From Klebsormidium nitens (lineage: Eukaryota; Plantae; Klebsormidiophyceae): a stretch of 64,000 nucleotides of DNA. A program made the translations under genes and the position numbers. Position 1 is the stretch's first letter, and each line of letters opens with the position of its first letter. Under the pieces are notes generated by a model. The model saw only the letters and a list, made by a program, of their open reading frames with translations, was not told the origin of the DNA and searched no databases. This document shows positions 48,370-61,459 of the stretch, piece by piece. The stretch lies in contig DF237368.1 in NCBI GenBank assembly GCA_000708835.1, forward strand, positions 16,749-80,748, read 5' to 3'.

Positions 48370-51300
48370 TTCGTAACACCTCCGTTGTCTGGTGAAGAAG
48401 ATAGAAATGAATGACGTGTTGCTGACGTTCGAGTAGACAAACCCCATTTGCTTTGCCCTTCCAAGCTGGACACCGTTTTCCTCTCACCGTTGTAGGCCAG
48501 CCCGCCGTTGTCCAAAGCACCGACCCTACCCCAGCGCCCCGCGCTGTTCCTGGCGCCGCCGCCATCGTCGCGCGCCCAGTTTCAACCAAAAACTCTGGTG
48601 CGCGAACCACTTCCGGTCCAAAATCGAAGAGAATAAGGCGCGGCGGCTCAAAACAAGATTACGGAAGAAAGCTGGCGGACGGCGGAAGAAAGAGGCAGAC
48701 GTAGCGCGGAAGAAGCGCGCGAGAGACGAGCAGGAACGAGAGCGGGGCGACTATCGGCGCAGGTTGGGGGACGAGAGAAAGGAGATGGAGGATTGGCAGC
48801 GAGCGGCGATGGACAGGTGGGATGAACCTGGCTTTTCCGGGGCGGCTTCTGGAGATACATTTCTCGCCGTGTGTTCGTGTGCATTTTCAATGCGAGTACT
48901 GAAAGGAACAAACGTGACAGACGGAGCTTTCTAGAAGTGTTGCGTCAGGTCTTACGTCGGAGTTGGTCGCCCTCCTAGCCCATCAACTAGAGGGGAATTG
49001 TCAACGGGACAACGGAAGACGCCTCTTCACTACGACTTTCTTGTCTTCTTTCCGCGATCGCCGTTAGCGGGACTTGATGGGGACAACAAGACCGCCTCCG
49101 AAAGCAGTGTCTCTTTTTTCTTCCCGGAGTTCGGAGGTGCGATCCGTTGATTAGAGGGAAATCTCGAGGAGCATGGATTCAGCGTCGACCTTGGGTGCGT
49201 CCAATTGTCCTTGAAGAAAAAATGCAGAGCATCAGGTCGATTCCACTCTTCTGCTGAGCAATCCGTTGTTTCCTTCCCATGGAACCGAAGGTGCGCAGCC
49301 TCGCGGGCTGAACTGTCACCACAGCTGGACTTGCGAAGCACGACTGGATTCTTCATTCCGTTTTCTAGGTTCCAAGAAAGGCAAACAGTAGGAGGCCACC
49401 GGACGGCATCAAAAGGCCGCGAACGGAAGGAGCGCCGTCGTTAATGAAAGAGAAGGAACTAGAGGTGGAAAGAAGATCAAGAAGGGGAAGGATGCGCGTA
49501 GCCGAGCTGACGAAGCGGGCGTGAGGACCGGAGCTAGCAGCGGGGCTCTTGGGCGGAAGGAGGGCGAGCGGAGCCAAAAAGTGAGTCAGATTTCTGGAAG
49601 AAGGCGTTGCACCATAGGCTGGAACTACGTGCACAAGCACGGAGCACGGGAGTCACTCAATCTGGATCGAAGGCGAAAGCTGCAAAGTCCGACCACACTG
49701 GCTGAGTATGCCAATACTTCTTGTCGGCCCGTCAAACAGCTTATGAACACGCATGTCTAGACACGCCATGCGTCCTCAAGCCTTTTGTATTCATCAGAAA
49801 TGTACCGTATTGTCCCACACCATCCTCATTTGCTAACAACAATTTTCTCCAGGTACAAGACTTTGCCTGTTTCAGACAAGCGGACAAGGAACGCTCGTGA
49901 CTGTCTGCGTCACAAGCTGCAGATACCGGTGCGTCTCAGCATAATCTCTTATCTCCACCAATTTGTAGAGCCCATAACTTTCATAGTCGCATAACCGGAT
50001 TTCTACATCAGAGGTTTTTAGCTGTCATCTCATACATTCAACTGTTCTGCAGTTGCCAACGGGCCGGAACCGCTCATCCCTAACAAGACGTACCTGACAG
50101 AGATTGCGGACTCGGCAAGGCACTCCCACCTTGTCGGGACGGAAAAGGTGAGGGTCAGTCAATTCTGTGGGGAGTTCTACAAACTGCATAGAAGGCGTAT
50201 GTAGGAGTGGGATGGATTGGTGGACTCGATTCGTGATTCAATGACTGCGGATTGTAAGCGTGTGTTTGACAGACAAGGCCGCCCACGGCTGAGGCCAAAG
50301 CAGCTCACTTTGCTCGAAAGGTTGCTGGTCTTTTTCAGAGTCTTACTGGGCCATGGGCGCATATGCTCAGCTTTCCGGTGTGTCGTATGACCAACCTTCG
50401 GGGTGATTCACATTCTGAACTGCGCTCATTTAGGTCCTGCTTTTATGCATGTGGGTGCGTATCCGTGTTGTCCATGTCGAAATCAGCTTGATCAGATTCT
50501 TGGATCTTTCTCAGTTTATCTCCATCGCTAGTTGTCGTCCGTATGACTGTCCCCAGTCCCGTCTGCTCCTCTGCTCACTGCTTGGTGATAGACTGGGGTG
50601 CTTGCAAATCGGAATTCATGGAAAGTTTGGGTTTAGAATCAGTAAGGTGTGGTAGGTCTAGGTGCCTTAAAACATTTTGCTCTTCCGAGGCTTCAGTAGT
50701 ATTGTCACTTTGAAGAATGAGCAATTGACTGGGAGGCGAGCCCAGGAACTGGTCGGGCCAATTAACGGGACCTTATCTTGCCAACCATCAGGCTGACTGC
50801 GCTTGCATCTCACCGCTTTCCCATCTCTTTCTTCAGCAACCTCTGCTTATCGGGCGGCCCATGGAGTCGGCAGCTTGACATAGGAAGAGACTAAGGGTAC
50901 TTCCTCGGGGCACACCGTTTATAGTGACCGGGGCCAAATCCGTGTCAGGAGTCGAGTGCTTTCGTTCAGCATGTCCTCGAGAAGCTCGGACTTGATTTCA
51001 CCTGTTGTTCCACCTCTGGCACATTCCTGCCTTGACAGCCGAGCAGTTGCCAGCAACTCATAACTGTTCCCCATTTCCCATGAGCAAATGTCTCCTCGTA
51101 TTGGACGACAGCGGGTGGCCTGCATCTGGTCGTACAGTGACAGACAAATTCTTCAAGCCGATTGAACCATTTGCATGGCGTCTTGTGCTCTGCCGTGCTT
51201 GCCTCTAACTCTCTCATGCTGAATTGCTTTGTGCAATCATTGATTATGCCCTTGTCCTTGCGTGGCAATCCGTCAAGAGAGGGTTGATAGATGTATCGGT

Positions 51301-52174
51301 ATAAGCCTCCCTCAAGGCGAATCTGCTAACATTAAAAGGCAGGGATCAAATAAGGCACACTTCGTCAGCGCCCCCGGCTCTCGTCCTTCACTCACCTCGG
51401 GCTGCGGCGCAGGGGTGCAACGAACGAATGGTTATGAACATGAAACAACAAAACATTCAACCAAACAGACAGCTTAATGTCGAGTTCGTGCCCGGTGTAC
51501 ATTGGATGATCATGTGATGCCATCGACATGGTAGTGTGCGATTCAATCGTCTGGCACACGTCACAATGAACGTTCCACTGTGGGTTAATCATCTTGAACC
51601 TCTGAGCAACTTGTGCGCGGCAAGCATATGCGCATTGCCCCGCCATGATGGCGACACCATGAGATCTTCGGGACTGCAATTTGCTTCTGCTCGAGGTTCA
51701 TAAACAATCAAAAGCTCGCCTGATCGAGGTTCAATCATAGAGTTCAATGCCCATACCGGCCTAGCTAAAACTAAATAGCTGCCACAGTAGTTCAATTGCC
51801 AGAGCGCGCTTATAATGCACGTTGCCGCCGGAGATGTTTCGACTGCATGCAACATTCATTGATGCATGAGAGCATGATATCGAGCCTGCCAGCAGAATCT
51901 TTCAAAGAGAGCGTCTCCAACGTCTCGACCGTCCATCTGCATGTCATTTATCAAGCATGAAGTGCCAGCCGTGCGATGAGGGGGATCATCGTTCTTTGAA
52001 GGGCAGTAGCGACCAATACGGTGCGCAAAGAGCTAAATGGTCGCCACCTTCCTTTTGGCCTCAATGGAGAGCATCTTTATAACAACAGATTTGAGCAGAT
52101 TATGTGGATTGAGCACAGTATATTTGTCTTTCCTGCGTCTTTGGCCGCTCGGAAGTTGGAATTCCTCTGCAGCG

Positions 52175-53890
52175 ATGGAGGCTCGTGTGAACCCTTTCGA
52201 TCGCCTAAGCGATGATCTCTTGGGGGGCATTTTCGAGAAACTCCTGTGGAGTCCTAATGATTTTGGAATGGAGGAGAAGGGTTACGGAAGAATGTGGTTG
52301 GAGTCGGTCTGCAAAAGGTTTCAGAAGCTTGTGCACACATTTGGGTGTCTGGACTGGCAGTTTGACAGGCCTGAGGATGGGGATGCGTTCCTGTGTTACA
52401 TAGTGCGCCAACAAGACAGAATGAGTCCGTTGAAAAAGGTTGCTCTGGATGTTGAAGGGCCAACGCAGTTGGTGGCGATCCTCCAATCAGTCGTTATCGC
52501 AGCTCAAGATAGCCTTGAGGAACTCCACGTATTTGTTGGGGATCTGGCCCTAGAGGATGTCATCAACTGGGAGTACGTTTTCCTGCTTTTTGGTGCTTTG
52601 AAAAGGCTCCGCATTTTGGAATTTCTTCTGTGGGAACGAGAAACTGCACAGTGGTGTCCAGTGACTTTGAGCAGAGTATGGTTCTCAGGATCCTTCAGAA
52701 AGTTGACGTCGTTGACCCTGTATGGCTTTGCAATCCCCGGTGTGGAATCTGACTCTTTCCTGGAGAAGCTTTCAATGCTGAAATCCTTGGAGCTCCACTC
52801 GTACTCCATCGGCGCAAATGCGTCCAGCAAGGCGAGCGCTCTTGAAAAGGCTTTCTGGTGGGGCGATGAGGAAGTTGGCATCGATGTGGCAGATCCAGCC
52901 AATGCCAGTCTGCCAAGAAGCATGAAGAAACTGGTGGCGCTAATGGGAAGCAGATTCTCGGATGTAAGCCAGAAGGCTGTAGAGATTCTGCGCAATCTGC
53001 TAAGCCGAAGCAACAAGCACATAGCCATAGCGGCAGTTCCTGGGACTCTGCATAACCTAGTGGAGCTCCTTGTCGATGGCGAGCATACGGTTGCTGCAAC
53101 TCTGGGACAGCTCGCTGCCGAGCCTGCCAACAAGAGCCGCATAGCCAGTGTTCCTGGTTGTCTGCACAAGCTGCTGCGGGTTTTGGAGCAAAGGGGCTCT
53201 GGCCAAAGGCACGAGGCCGCTGCAGAAACCCTGATCAGTTTAGCGGGGGATGCTCAAGTCCGTAAGGACATTGTTGGGGATCCGCAGACGTTGAGACGAT
53301 TGGTAGGCAGTCTCAAGGACCAGTACTCTGGGAGGGCGTCTGTGATGTCAGGCTGGGTGCTGTGGTGCTTAGCAAATCCTGGCGATAAAGACGCTGGTGC
53401 TACTTCCGAGATGCAAGGGTGCGTGCAGAAACTTGTTGCGCTTCTGGATGCTGCGGGCCTGGGCAGTCATTTTGGAGAGGTGCTCTCTAATCTGTGCAAG
53501 AGCCCGGGGGCGATGCGAGAGTCTGTGCTTTTGACGCCCGAGTTTTCCCGGAGCTTGTCCAGCCTTGTGACGAGCGAGCGGGTGGAGATACGGACAGCAG
53601 TTGCAGAGAGCTTGGAAACTTTGGCAAGCTGGGATGCTGAGAGTTGCTGAGAGTTGCATATTGATTGTCCAAGTTCAAGAATAACTGCAAAAGCTGATAG
53701 GCCCTGTGGAACATGGAGGGGTTAGAGCAAAGCCGAGAGTGGGGAAACGGGGACTGGGAGGGAGGAAATCTAGAACGAGGTGCGGGGCGAGAACGAGGAA
53801 TGAGGAGAAAGTGGGGCGGGGGCTGCAAGAGAAGAGGTGGAGGGGAGCAAGGAAGAGAAGCGGCGCGTGAGAAGTGTGGAGGGGCGATTG
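52175..53890 (+). pseudogene. F-box/LRR/ARM paralog, copy 2, truncated after about 6 ARM repeats (ORF 52175-53650)
   Basis: Collinear with copy 1: PFDRLSDDLLGGIFEKLLW, LESVCKRFQKLVH, LTLYGFAIPG, PGCLHKLL. A 10-nt tandem duplication (tgctgagagt x2, 53635-53654) creates the TGA. A further TAA at 53682 interrupts the restored frame. The GA-rich tail homologous to the copy 3 C-terminus follows within about 100 bp. Confidence 0.78.
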
Positions 53891-53899
53891 ACTTTATAG

Positions 53900-54650
53900 C
53901 TGCGATGAGTCAGTCTGTTTGAACCTGGGCCAGACATGTGGAACACAAAGTTGTCTGCAGCTGAAGGAGGTGGCTAATGCGTGCTACGAACTTTCCTTCT
54001 CACTCCGTGGCTTGAGACGTCCTGGACCTCGATCATCTCCTCGACATGAACAGGTGTCATGCTGAGCATCCGAAGAGTTTCGTTTGTTATCGAGGAGCGA
54101 AAAGTGAATGACGCAGCCAGTTCAAATATCTGGTGACGCTCGCCGTTTAGATCTAAGATCTATTAACGCTTGTTTTTGAGGATATAAGTTTGTCGCATTT
54201 GTCAGCGAAAAGGATCGTCGCTCGCTTTCGAGCGACGCTCGGATAATATCGTCTTGATGGAAAGAAACAGGTCGCTGTCCAACCTGCATTCTTTGACGAA
54301 GCAGAAACCTTTTGCAAGGATTGATCGAAGCAACGGAAGCCTTCCTCAAGTTTTACCCACCCTTCTCAGGCCCTCCGCTGCCGCCGGCCTTGTTGAGAGG
54401 TCACCGACCGCGACGTCAGCCGTGACATCAGCAGGTCGGAAGGTCCCCTTAAGTCTCCCGAAGCGGAGGGTCGGCGTCATTCAAGGAGAAGAGGGGCTAG
54501 GCGGCACCACTCGCCGTCGGAAAAGGGCGGGCCGGGAGAGGAAAACAGCAGAAGCTTAAGCGGCGGCCATCAGCACGGCGGAAAGAACCAGGTCTAAGTG
54601 GAGGGCGCACTTTGACGGAGTAGCCCGCCTCAGGTAAGCTGAAGTCTCAA
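53900..54650. repeat. Left arm of an old inverted duplication (3' flank of ARM copy 2)
   Basis: Matches the reverse complement of about 61460-62130. Anchors: tgagtcagtct(g/a)tttgaa..tgggcca; gcagccagttcaa; cacccttctcaggccctccgctgccgccggccttgttg vs cacccttttcaggcactccctgccgccggtcttgttg; cgacgtcagc(c/a)gtgac(a/g)tcagcaggtcgg; gcttaagc(g/a)gcggcc. Confidence 0.8.
54411..54430. promoter_or_regulatory. as-1/ocs-type doublet of bZIP palindromes (CGACGTCA-gccg-TGACATCA)
   Basis: Two TGACGTCA-like octamers 4 bp apart, the established as-1 geometry. Function is untested. Confidence 0.45.
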
Positions 54651-56118
54651 AATACCTCTTGCAAACTTCTTGACTTTGCCGGCTGGATTTGAAGACGCGG
54701 TGCCTATCTGCGGCCGACACTTCCTTAGCCTTTGACGCGGAAGCGTTTGATTTGCCGCTCGCCACAGGCAGATCTTTCTTACTTTGTCCACGGAATTAAG
54801 CGCTCTGATTGTATTGGAAGAGATTTATGGAAAAGAGGACCATTCTTCAACTTTAAACCATACTGCATGTGGCCGTTCATTTCGGGGCAGACAGCAGACA
54901 TTTGATCTCTGGGCTTTCGTCTTGCAGAGCGCTGAGATGAGACCATCTCTGCCTTCATCCTCTTGCGCATAAGATTGTTCTCGATGAACTCCCTGAAACA
55001 TCTTGGAACTCAGGAGAAAAACATTTTGTTCACTCTGACGTCATCAACCGCCTCGGACCGATCCATTTGTCGTAGATCCACTCGTCAATGCCAATCCATT
55101 TCATCATTTCGCAGGGATGCCACTGCGGCCAGCCTCCGAGGCTGTCGTCAACACTCTCTTCGATGACGTCAGCAACCGGCAGCTTGCTCGTGCCCGTCTC
55201 CGGCCGACGTCAGCAATTAGCCAGCCATGACGTCAGCACCCGAGGCCCGGCTTGCGCCCGGCTCGGAGGGGCGCGCAGTACGGGATGCGTTGCAAGATTC
55301 AGTTAGCGCGCGCAAGAAGCCGAACAAGAAGACGGCCTCGATTGCAACCCCTGCGGTGAGACACCGAATCCTCCTCCTTTGTTCGCCACCTTGTCTTGGG
55401 TTGAAAAGTAGCAACACCGGTCTGCCAACAATTCTCGCATTTGTCCTAACTTCGGGCTGTCTGTTCAACTCGCGGCCTGCGCTGATGAATGTCCCCAAAG
55501 TCGACCAATTTGAATAACGTCCTGCACGATGGCGGAAGAGGCGACGGAGATCAGTCCGCTCAGCGTGGTTGCCTCCACGGGCTTGCTTTGACTGACAAAG
55601 CCGAGCTTTGTGAGGGTATTCTTCGGCGTCCCTTCAGTCGGATCTTCGTAAAGTTTTCTCTTCGATATATTCAGTCAATAGTTTCTAGAGTCTTTCCTGA
55701 TCATCTCTTCGATCAGAACTTCGAATGGTGTCTGCAGTCAAGGCTCAAGTAATCAGAAAAGGGCGTTTGCAAAATCTGGCCATATCCCGAAGTGGACGCT
55801 CAGGAGAGAGAGTGCGAAGTGGCACCTACAAATCAAGTCTGCGAGGCATAAATCGCTAGCAGTGCAGTGGCATCGATTCCGGTCTGGTGACGTTTCCCGG
55901 AATCTCTTTCTGCAGGGCCCCCCTTCTTCACGTCAGACCTCACAAGACGCCGTCCCCTTTCTCGATCTCCGACTCGCTTCGCTCTCGTGTTTCACAGAGT
56001 CCTGCCACCGTCGCTTACTTCTCTACTCCTCCGGACTTCTTAAAATTCTGCTCCCCCTCAGCCAGCGCGGAAACCAACCGAACCGATGGCTTTGCTGACG
56101 TCACCAGGTGGAGAAAGT

Positions 56119-56182
56119 GGGCGGGAAGCTGACGTCACTCGGGCGCGGTCGGACGGGAAGCTGACGTCACTTGGGCAAGGTC
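56119..56182 (+). repeat. 2 x 32-bp tandem repeat, each with GCTGACGTCACT
   Basis: gggcgggaagctgacgtcactcgggcgcggtc / ggacgggaagctgacgtcacttgggcaaggtc (28/32 identical). A third TGACGTCA lies 34 bp upstream. Confidence 0.9.
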
Positions 56183-59100
56183 CGGACAACGGCGCTTGCA
56201 TCCCCGCTGTGCGGGTCCTGAAGCAGAGAGCCTGGAGGACGCAAAAGTTTCTGCGTCGCGGCCGCTGCCTGCGGCACACGTCTTAGTAGAGGCGGAAGGG
56301 TAAGCTGACGGCTTCGACCTGTTGCGTGATGCACTCCTGAAGCGTTTGCGATGCTTGAACGGCCTCTACAAAGTTCTCGTCGCCTTGAGAAGAGAAATAT
56401 GGATAAGGACTCCTGCTACTTGGAATCTGATCCGCACTAGCCGGTTCCGCTTCGGGTGTTCCGAGATTGTCTTGTAAGTCAAGTCTCCACTCTTCTCGCC
56501 TTCCATGTTGAGACTGAATGATGCAGAGGTTTCCTACGTGAGTAGCGCTATTATTTGGTCCTTATTCACCACGAAAACGTTCTTACCTTGTCCGTCGCAC
56601 CAGCCATTTGTGTCGACGCTCGGAACCACATCTCTTTCGCACCGTACCGATCATCCAAATCAGATTCTCCTCTACGTTCACCAAATCGTCGCGAAACTGG
56701 CAAAGGCTGCAATGCGGTTGGTTTCCTCTCCCCTTGTCACGTCTGACCCAGATATACTCACCCCTGTCCCAAAATTTTGCAGACGAGGCGCAAGCAGAAA
56801 ACGGTCCTCGCTCTTGTCCTCGTCTCGCCAGATTGCCAGTCCTCGCCAGACCACTGGAACGGGCAGTAGAAGCAGATGCTCGCAACGGGATAGGGCGCTG
56901 CGGAAGCGAGTGCGGTGAAAGCGCGCGCGGCATCTGCCAGGTATGTCCTCAAGGATGCCGGTCCTTCGGCCATGTTGCTTGCTTCTATTGCGAAAGCAAC
57001 GGTCGTTTCTGTACTAAATGAAATTCGCGTGGACATCAATCTACTGAGATATGACGCCTCTCTCCGCGCTGCTATTCCGCCATTTTGGCAACCGTATCCC
57101 TAGGATCTGAGACGTGTGATTTTGCAACCTTCGTGCAATCATTCTCTGATTGGTCCGTACCAAACGTCTGTTTTCCCTACGTTGGTCCCGCTGTAAGCGG
57201 TCCATCGGTGCACTTCTGAGACATTTGATTGGAGTCCCTTGTGCACTCAGCGCCGAACACATCTGCTACCACCGCAGGTACGCCACCGGATTGGAACCCG
57301 TTGCTGACGTCATGCAGCTACCCGCTGACGTCATCCGCGCTGGTTGGCCTCCGCCCGTCTGCGAAAGGCGTGCGCCCTGGCCAGCTGTTGGAAGGCTCGT
57401 GGCTCGTTGTCGGAGTGGCGGTTCTGGACGGTTCGTACTCGCGGGGGCCAGGCGAAAGGACTTGGTGATGGAATGCTATTGCCAATAGGTGGGTTACAAG
57501 GCCGGTTGCATTCCTTCGTTGTGCTTTTGGTCTTTGATTATTGTGTCCTGGAGCATGTCATTTGCGGTTGTGCGAATTGGTTTATTTCTACCTGCTCTTT
57601 AAATCCTGCCGTCAGCTTACTCTTGACACAACTTTTGACAGCGTTGAACAACTTTTGGATCCCCTCTGGTGCTTTCAGACATCTTCGAAGTAGGCGTTGC
57701 ATCTCCTATAGACCTCTTGAAAGCCGGCTTTCAAAGGGAAGATCACGCAATGGCTTGTGTACCCGGGATCTGTAGAAGAGGGTGGAAAGTCGAACCGTGT
57801 TTGGTTACCACTAATGCTCCGAAATGACTACTCACTGTTTTCTGAGGCCTTTCATAAGACCTGTGTACGGCCTTCGGAAGGGCATGACTACTTTGACAAT
57901 CATCTCGAAGATCTTCTCTGTGCAGGTTCTCGCTGTCATAAAGGGAATCGCGTGACTGGTGGTTCTCCTGTGCCCGGGCTCTTCAAACGGGCGCTCCCCA
58001 GCTCCCGCCATGTCCCCGACTACTTTTGGTTGGCATCGTGGGTGCCGCCTAAACGAACCCCGCCTAGCGGAGCACGGGTTTTCTGCCCCTCCCTTCAGTG
58101 ACGTCAACGGGAAGTCCCGTCGTCGGAGAGGTGACGTCACCCTTGCCGGAATTTAACGCCGTGCGCTGGCCCGCATCTCTAACCGAGCCGGAGAGGAGAG
58201 TCGGGAAGACGTGCCCTCGCTAGAGCCATTCACGCCTCGCCGGGCTGCCGCGTGAACGTTTGTAAAGGTGAGCAGATTCGCGAGAACTTGCTGCCCGTCC
58301 GGAATCTGAGGCGTGCTATGTTGCTCGAGTACAATCGCCAGGCTTGTCAATCGTATAGAAACTGGTCGTGAGATGGATGTTGACTCGTGGCCTGTGCTCA
58401 CACCTGGTTGGCATTCCACTCAGTGGTGCTTTTTCCATATTCCCGTGTGCCAGACAGAATCGACGGAGCGCCGACGGGCAAGCACTACTCTGCTCTCCTT
58501 TGTTTCCGGTCTTACTTTGTGCACGATCCGGAAGTCGATACGAGGTGTGCTTCCAGCTAGATTTGCAAATCATTGAGTCTGATCGTCATACCTTCCTGTT
58601 CGGCAGACGCAAGGGAATTGACATTGCTGCAGAGGGCGCCAAGACAGTCGGCGGACTGACGGTGCTAGACCGGTCCACGAAACAGCGGGCCGCTCATCGG
58701 GGACATCTGAAAGACGTCAGCCAGCGCGGTGAGTTTGGACCCTATGTATTTCCGCCAAAGGAAACAACAAAGGGGGGGGAGCAATTCCTAGTCGGCTTGG
58801 GCCACGTTTGCTCGGCGGTACATCTTGCTTCAATCGCTCCTTATAAACGCTTTTATCAGTGCTGTATGGAGCAACCGCTACGAAGGCACTTGCTTCTTGA
58901 CTGTAACACTTGGATGGGTTCCAGACCTCTAGGGTCACCCGTTTCAGAGTACGGGAAGGAACAATCATCCGATCAGAAAGCTTTTGTGGCAATTGATTAT
59001 TAGAAGTGAGGCGCGTCCGATGACGTTGTGTTCATGTGCGGTCGAAAGTACTTTTAGTACTTTCGACCGCAACCCGACGATCGAGCACGTCCTCTTTTCT

Positions 59101-60670
59101 GGTCACACCTCTCCTGCAACAGCTTTTCAAATGCCTGTGCACCTCGGAATGATCGGTTCACACAATCGCGTGGAACGCTGCATCGAAGATCTTTGAATCC
59201 TTTGCGGAGCACGAAGTATAAAAAGGCTTTACGTTGATCGCCTCCGTCGATCTGCCCTCTCTGCATACACCGTCCAGAGGGACGCGTCTAAAACTGCATC
59301 CTCTTAAACAATCGTTGGCGGGTTGGCGGCCGTGGTTGTACAAGTCATTCGGTGTCGAGACTTCTTGTCACGTCGTTTCGTACGGATCAACGAAGTGACA
59401 ATGGTTTGATAGACAAAGTTTCAGTGCAGCGGCGACGACTTTTACCACAACCAGCTCCACTCACTGTGGAATTCAAGCGGTGCTTTTCTTCACGGACCTG
59501 ATAACGAATTTTAGTAACCGCAGGTAGGGCGATGGGGAGTCGTCGGAGCCGTCGAAGCAGTCAGCAAATCGCCGCAGTGCAAGCGCGCCGACTGAAGTCG
59601 CGATTACCGGTCGCTAACTGTCTGCCCGCTTCAGATGACAACAATATGTTTACACTGTTAGAGTAGCGCCACATGACGTCTTGTGTACAAGTCAAAGTGT
59701 ACGGCTGGGGCGACTTATCGACCTTTAGGGCCGTGAGTGAGAACCCGTCCTTGTGGCCGCGCATTTCCGGATCAACTAGACGGGCAGCATACTGTGGTGC
59801 ACTCGGCATGCCATTTGATCGATCTATTTCAGCGCCGAGCGGATTTAGACCGTCGGATTTTGTTGTGCAAATTTTAATGCGGATGATCAGGATATAACAT
59901 TTGACACAAAATAGGCCGGAGCGTTCCGAGGCAACGGTTGTACCCCCTGGAACGGGCTGGAAATCCAGGCGACGGCCTGCGACACTTTGACAAACGTGCG
60001 AACTTCATCGGAGGGCCTGCGACCGTCGGCCGACCTACATTATTCGCGTAATACGACAAATCGGTAGAAAACCACTGTACGGAAACTTGGTGCCAACAAT
60101 GCCTTTGCCAATTACTCGGACCGGAAGTCGATGGGCAAAGTCGTACAGTTTGTTTACAATGCCCCTGGGAACTTCCTGGAAAAGGGGCCGGCCGGAATCC
60201 CCTCGCGCACAGAATTGGTGGATCTCTTAGGGTAATAAAGCGGTCACATAGCCGACGGCCCCTAGCAAACAGTCGCCTATACATTTGCCACGTCGTACGG
60301 TGGCATTGGGGGCATCCATTTCGTGGGCTGTCGCCCTTTTCAATAACGCGTACGCTCGCGCGCATTTGGGGAGCACACAGAACAGAATCATAAAATGGCA
60401 TGCCAAAAACTGAGAATGGTCGCGTTTTCAACTTAGTGTCCGATTCAACTGAGTATAAGTCCGCCCGGCAGAATCAGTCACGGTCATGCTAAAGGATCTG
60501 CATGGCGTCCACTTATATCGACGACACCGTACTAGTTGGACTGGTCCTCCACATGGTCTTCCCACATGCATGTCCCTACTAACCATGACGGTAAACTCGA
60601 GCGCGGGCCGGCAAGGATTCACCATTATAGGGATCCGCCGCCAAAAAGCCATGGCACGCGTCACTGACAA

Positions 60671-60815
60671 GTCATGGTTATATATATCCTTTTCATACAT
60701 ATTACACGCGGCGGCCCGAGCGCGATCGCAAGGAGTCACCAACTTGGGCCGCAAGTGACACGCGCGTCGCGATCACCATGACGAGTACGGTCATGGCTAT
60801 ATATATCCTCTTCAT
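60671..60815 (+). repeat. 26-bp direct repeat containing TATATATAT, 119 bp apart
   Basis: gtcatggttatatatatccttttcat (60671) and gtcatggctatatatatcctcttcat (60790). Confidence 0.85.
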
Positions 60816-61459
60816 TTGTCATGGCGGCCGCGCCTGGCCCACGAGTAGCTCACTTGCCAGAATGAGGCCGGCCGCCCGATGTATACGAATTAGTTCGTCG
60901 GACAGCTTCGTTGGACTCTGGATCATTACTTGAAGTGACTCATGAGCCGGTACTAAGTTTATGTCCGATCAGCGTGACGATGCGCAACGGTCCCATGGTA
61001 CCTAGCTCTCAGTACATATACGAGCTTGATGTCATCATGTTTATCCCACTGAGCCGGGCATGGCATGCGCGGGCCCAAAATCTGTTCAACTTTACTGGCA
61101 GTCCGGCCGCTTCTGAATGGCGGCCGGAAAGATGTTTGATCCAAATAAGTGCATGATTGCCGGATCTAGGCCACTTTTGGCTAGATCATCCGACGCTCGT
61201 GGTTGGGCGTGGCATGTGGAGTCAGTGACGGAGCCACATGAACCACTACTTCATCCTGAGTGAGTACATGGGGGAGGTAAGCAACGGCGGCCGTGGCAGA
61301 GTATTGACCAAACACAGCGCCAAGGGGATCCGCTCAGATTTAAGACTTTTGTTTGCCACTTTATCGGCCAAATCCAGGCGCGTTATCGTCCGGTATAGCT
61401 AGCCTTGGACATTTGACTTCAAAAGGAAAAATTTGTGTGTCGAATACTGGACTTCGCCT

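Noticed and set aside
49360-50160. Plus-strand multi-exon gene (candidate exons at about 49369-49580, 49853-49928, 50053-50148)
   Set aside because: The splice signals look plausible, but exon phases do not join into an open frame and no homology is recognisable.
54556-60431. Medium ORFs in the spacer (e.g. 57757-58101, 58368-59003, 59874-60431)
   Set aside because: No recognisable domains or coding-like composition; ORFs of this size are expected in GC-rich non-coding DNA.
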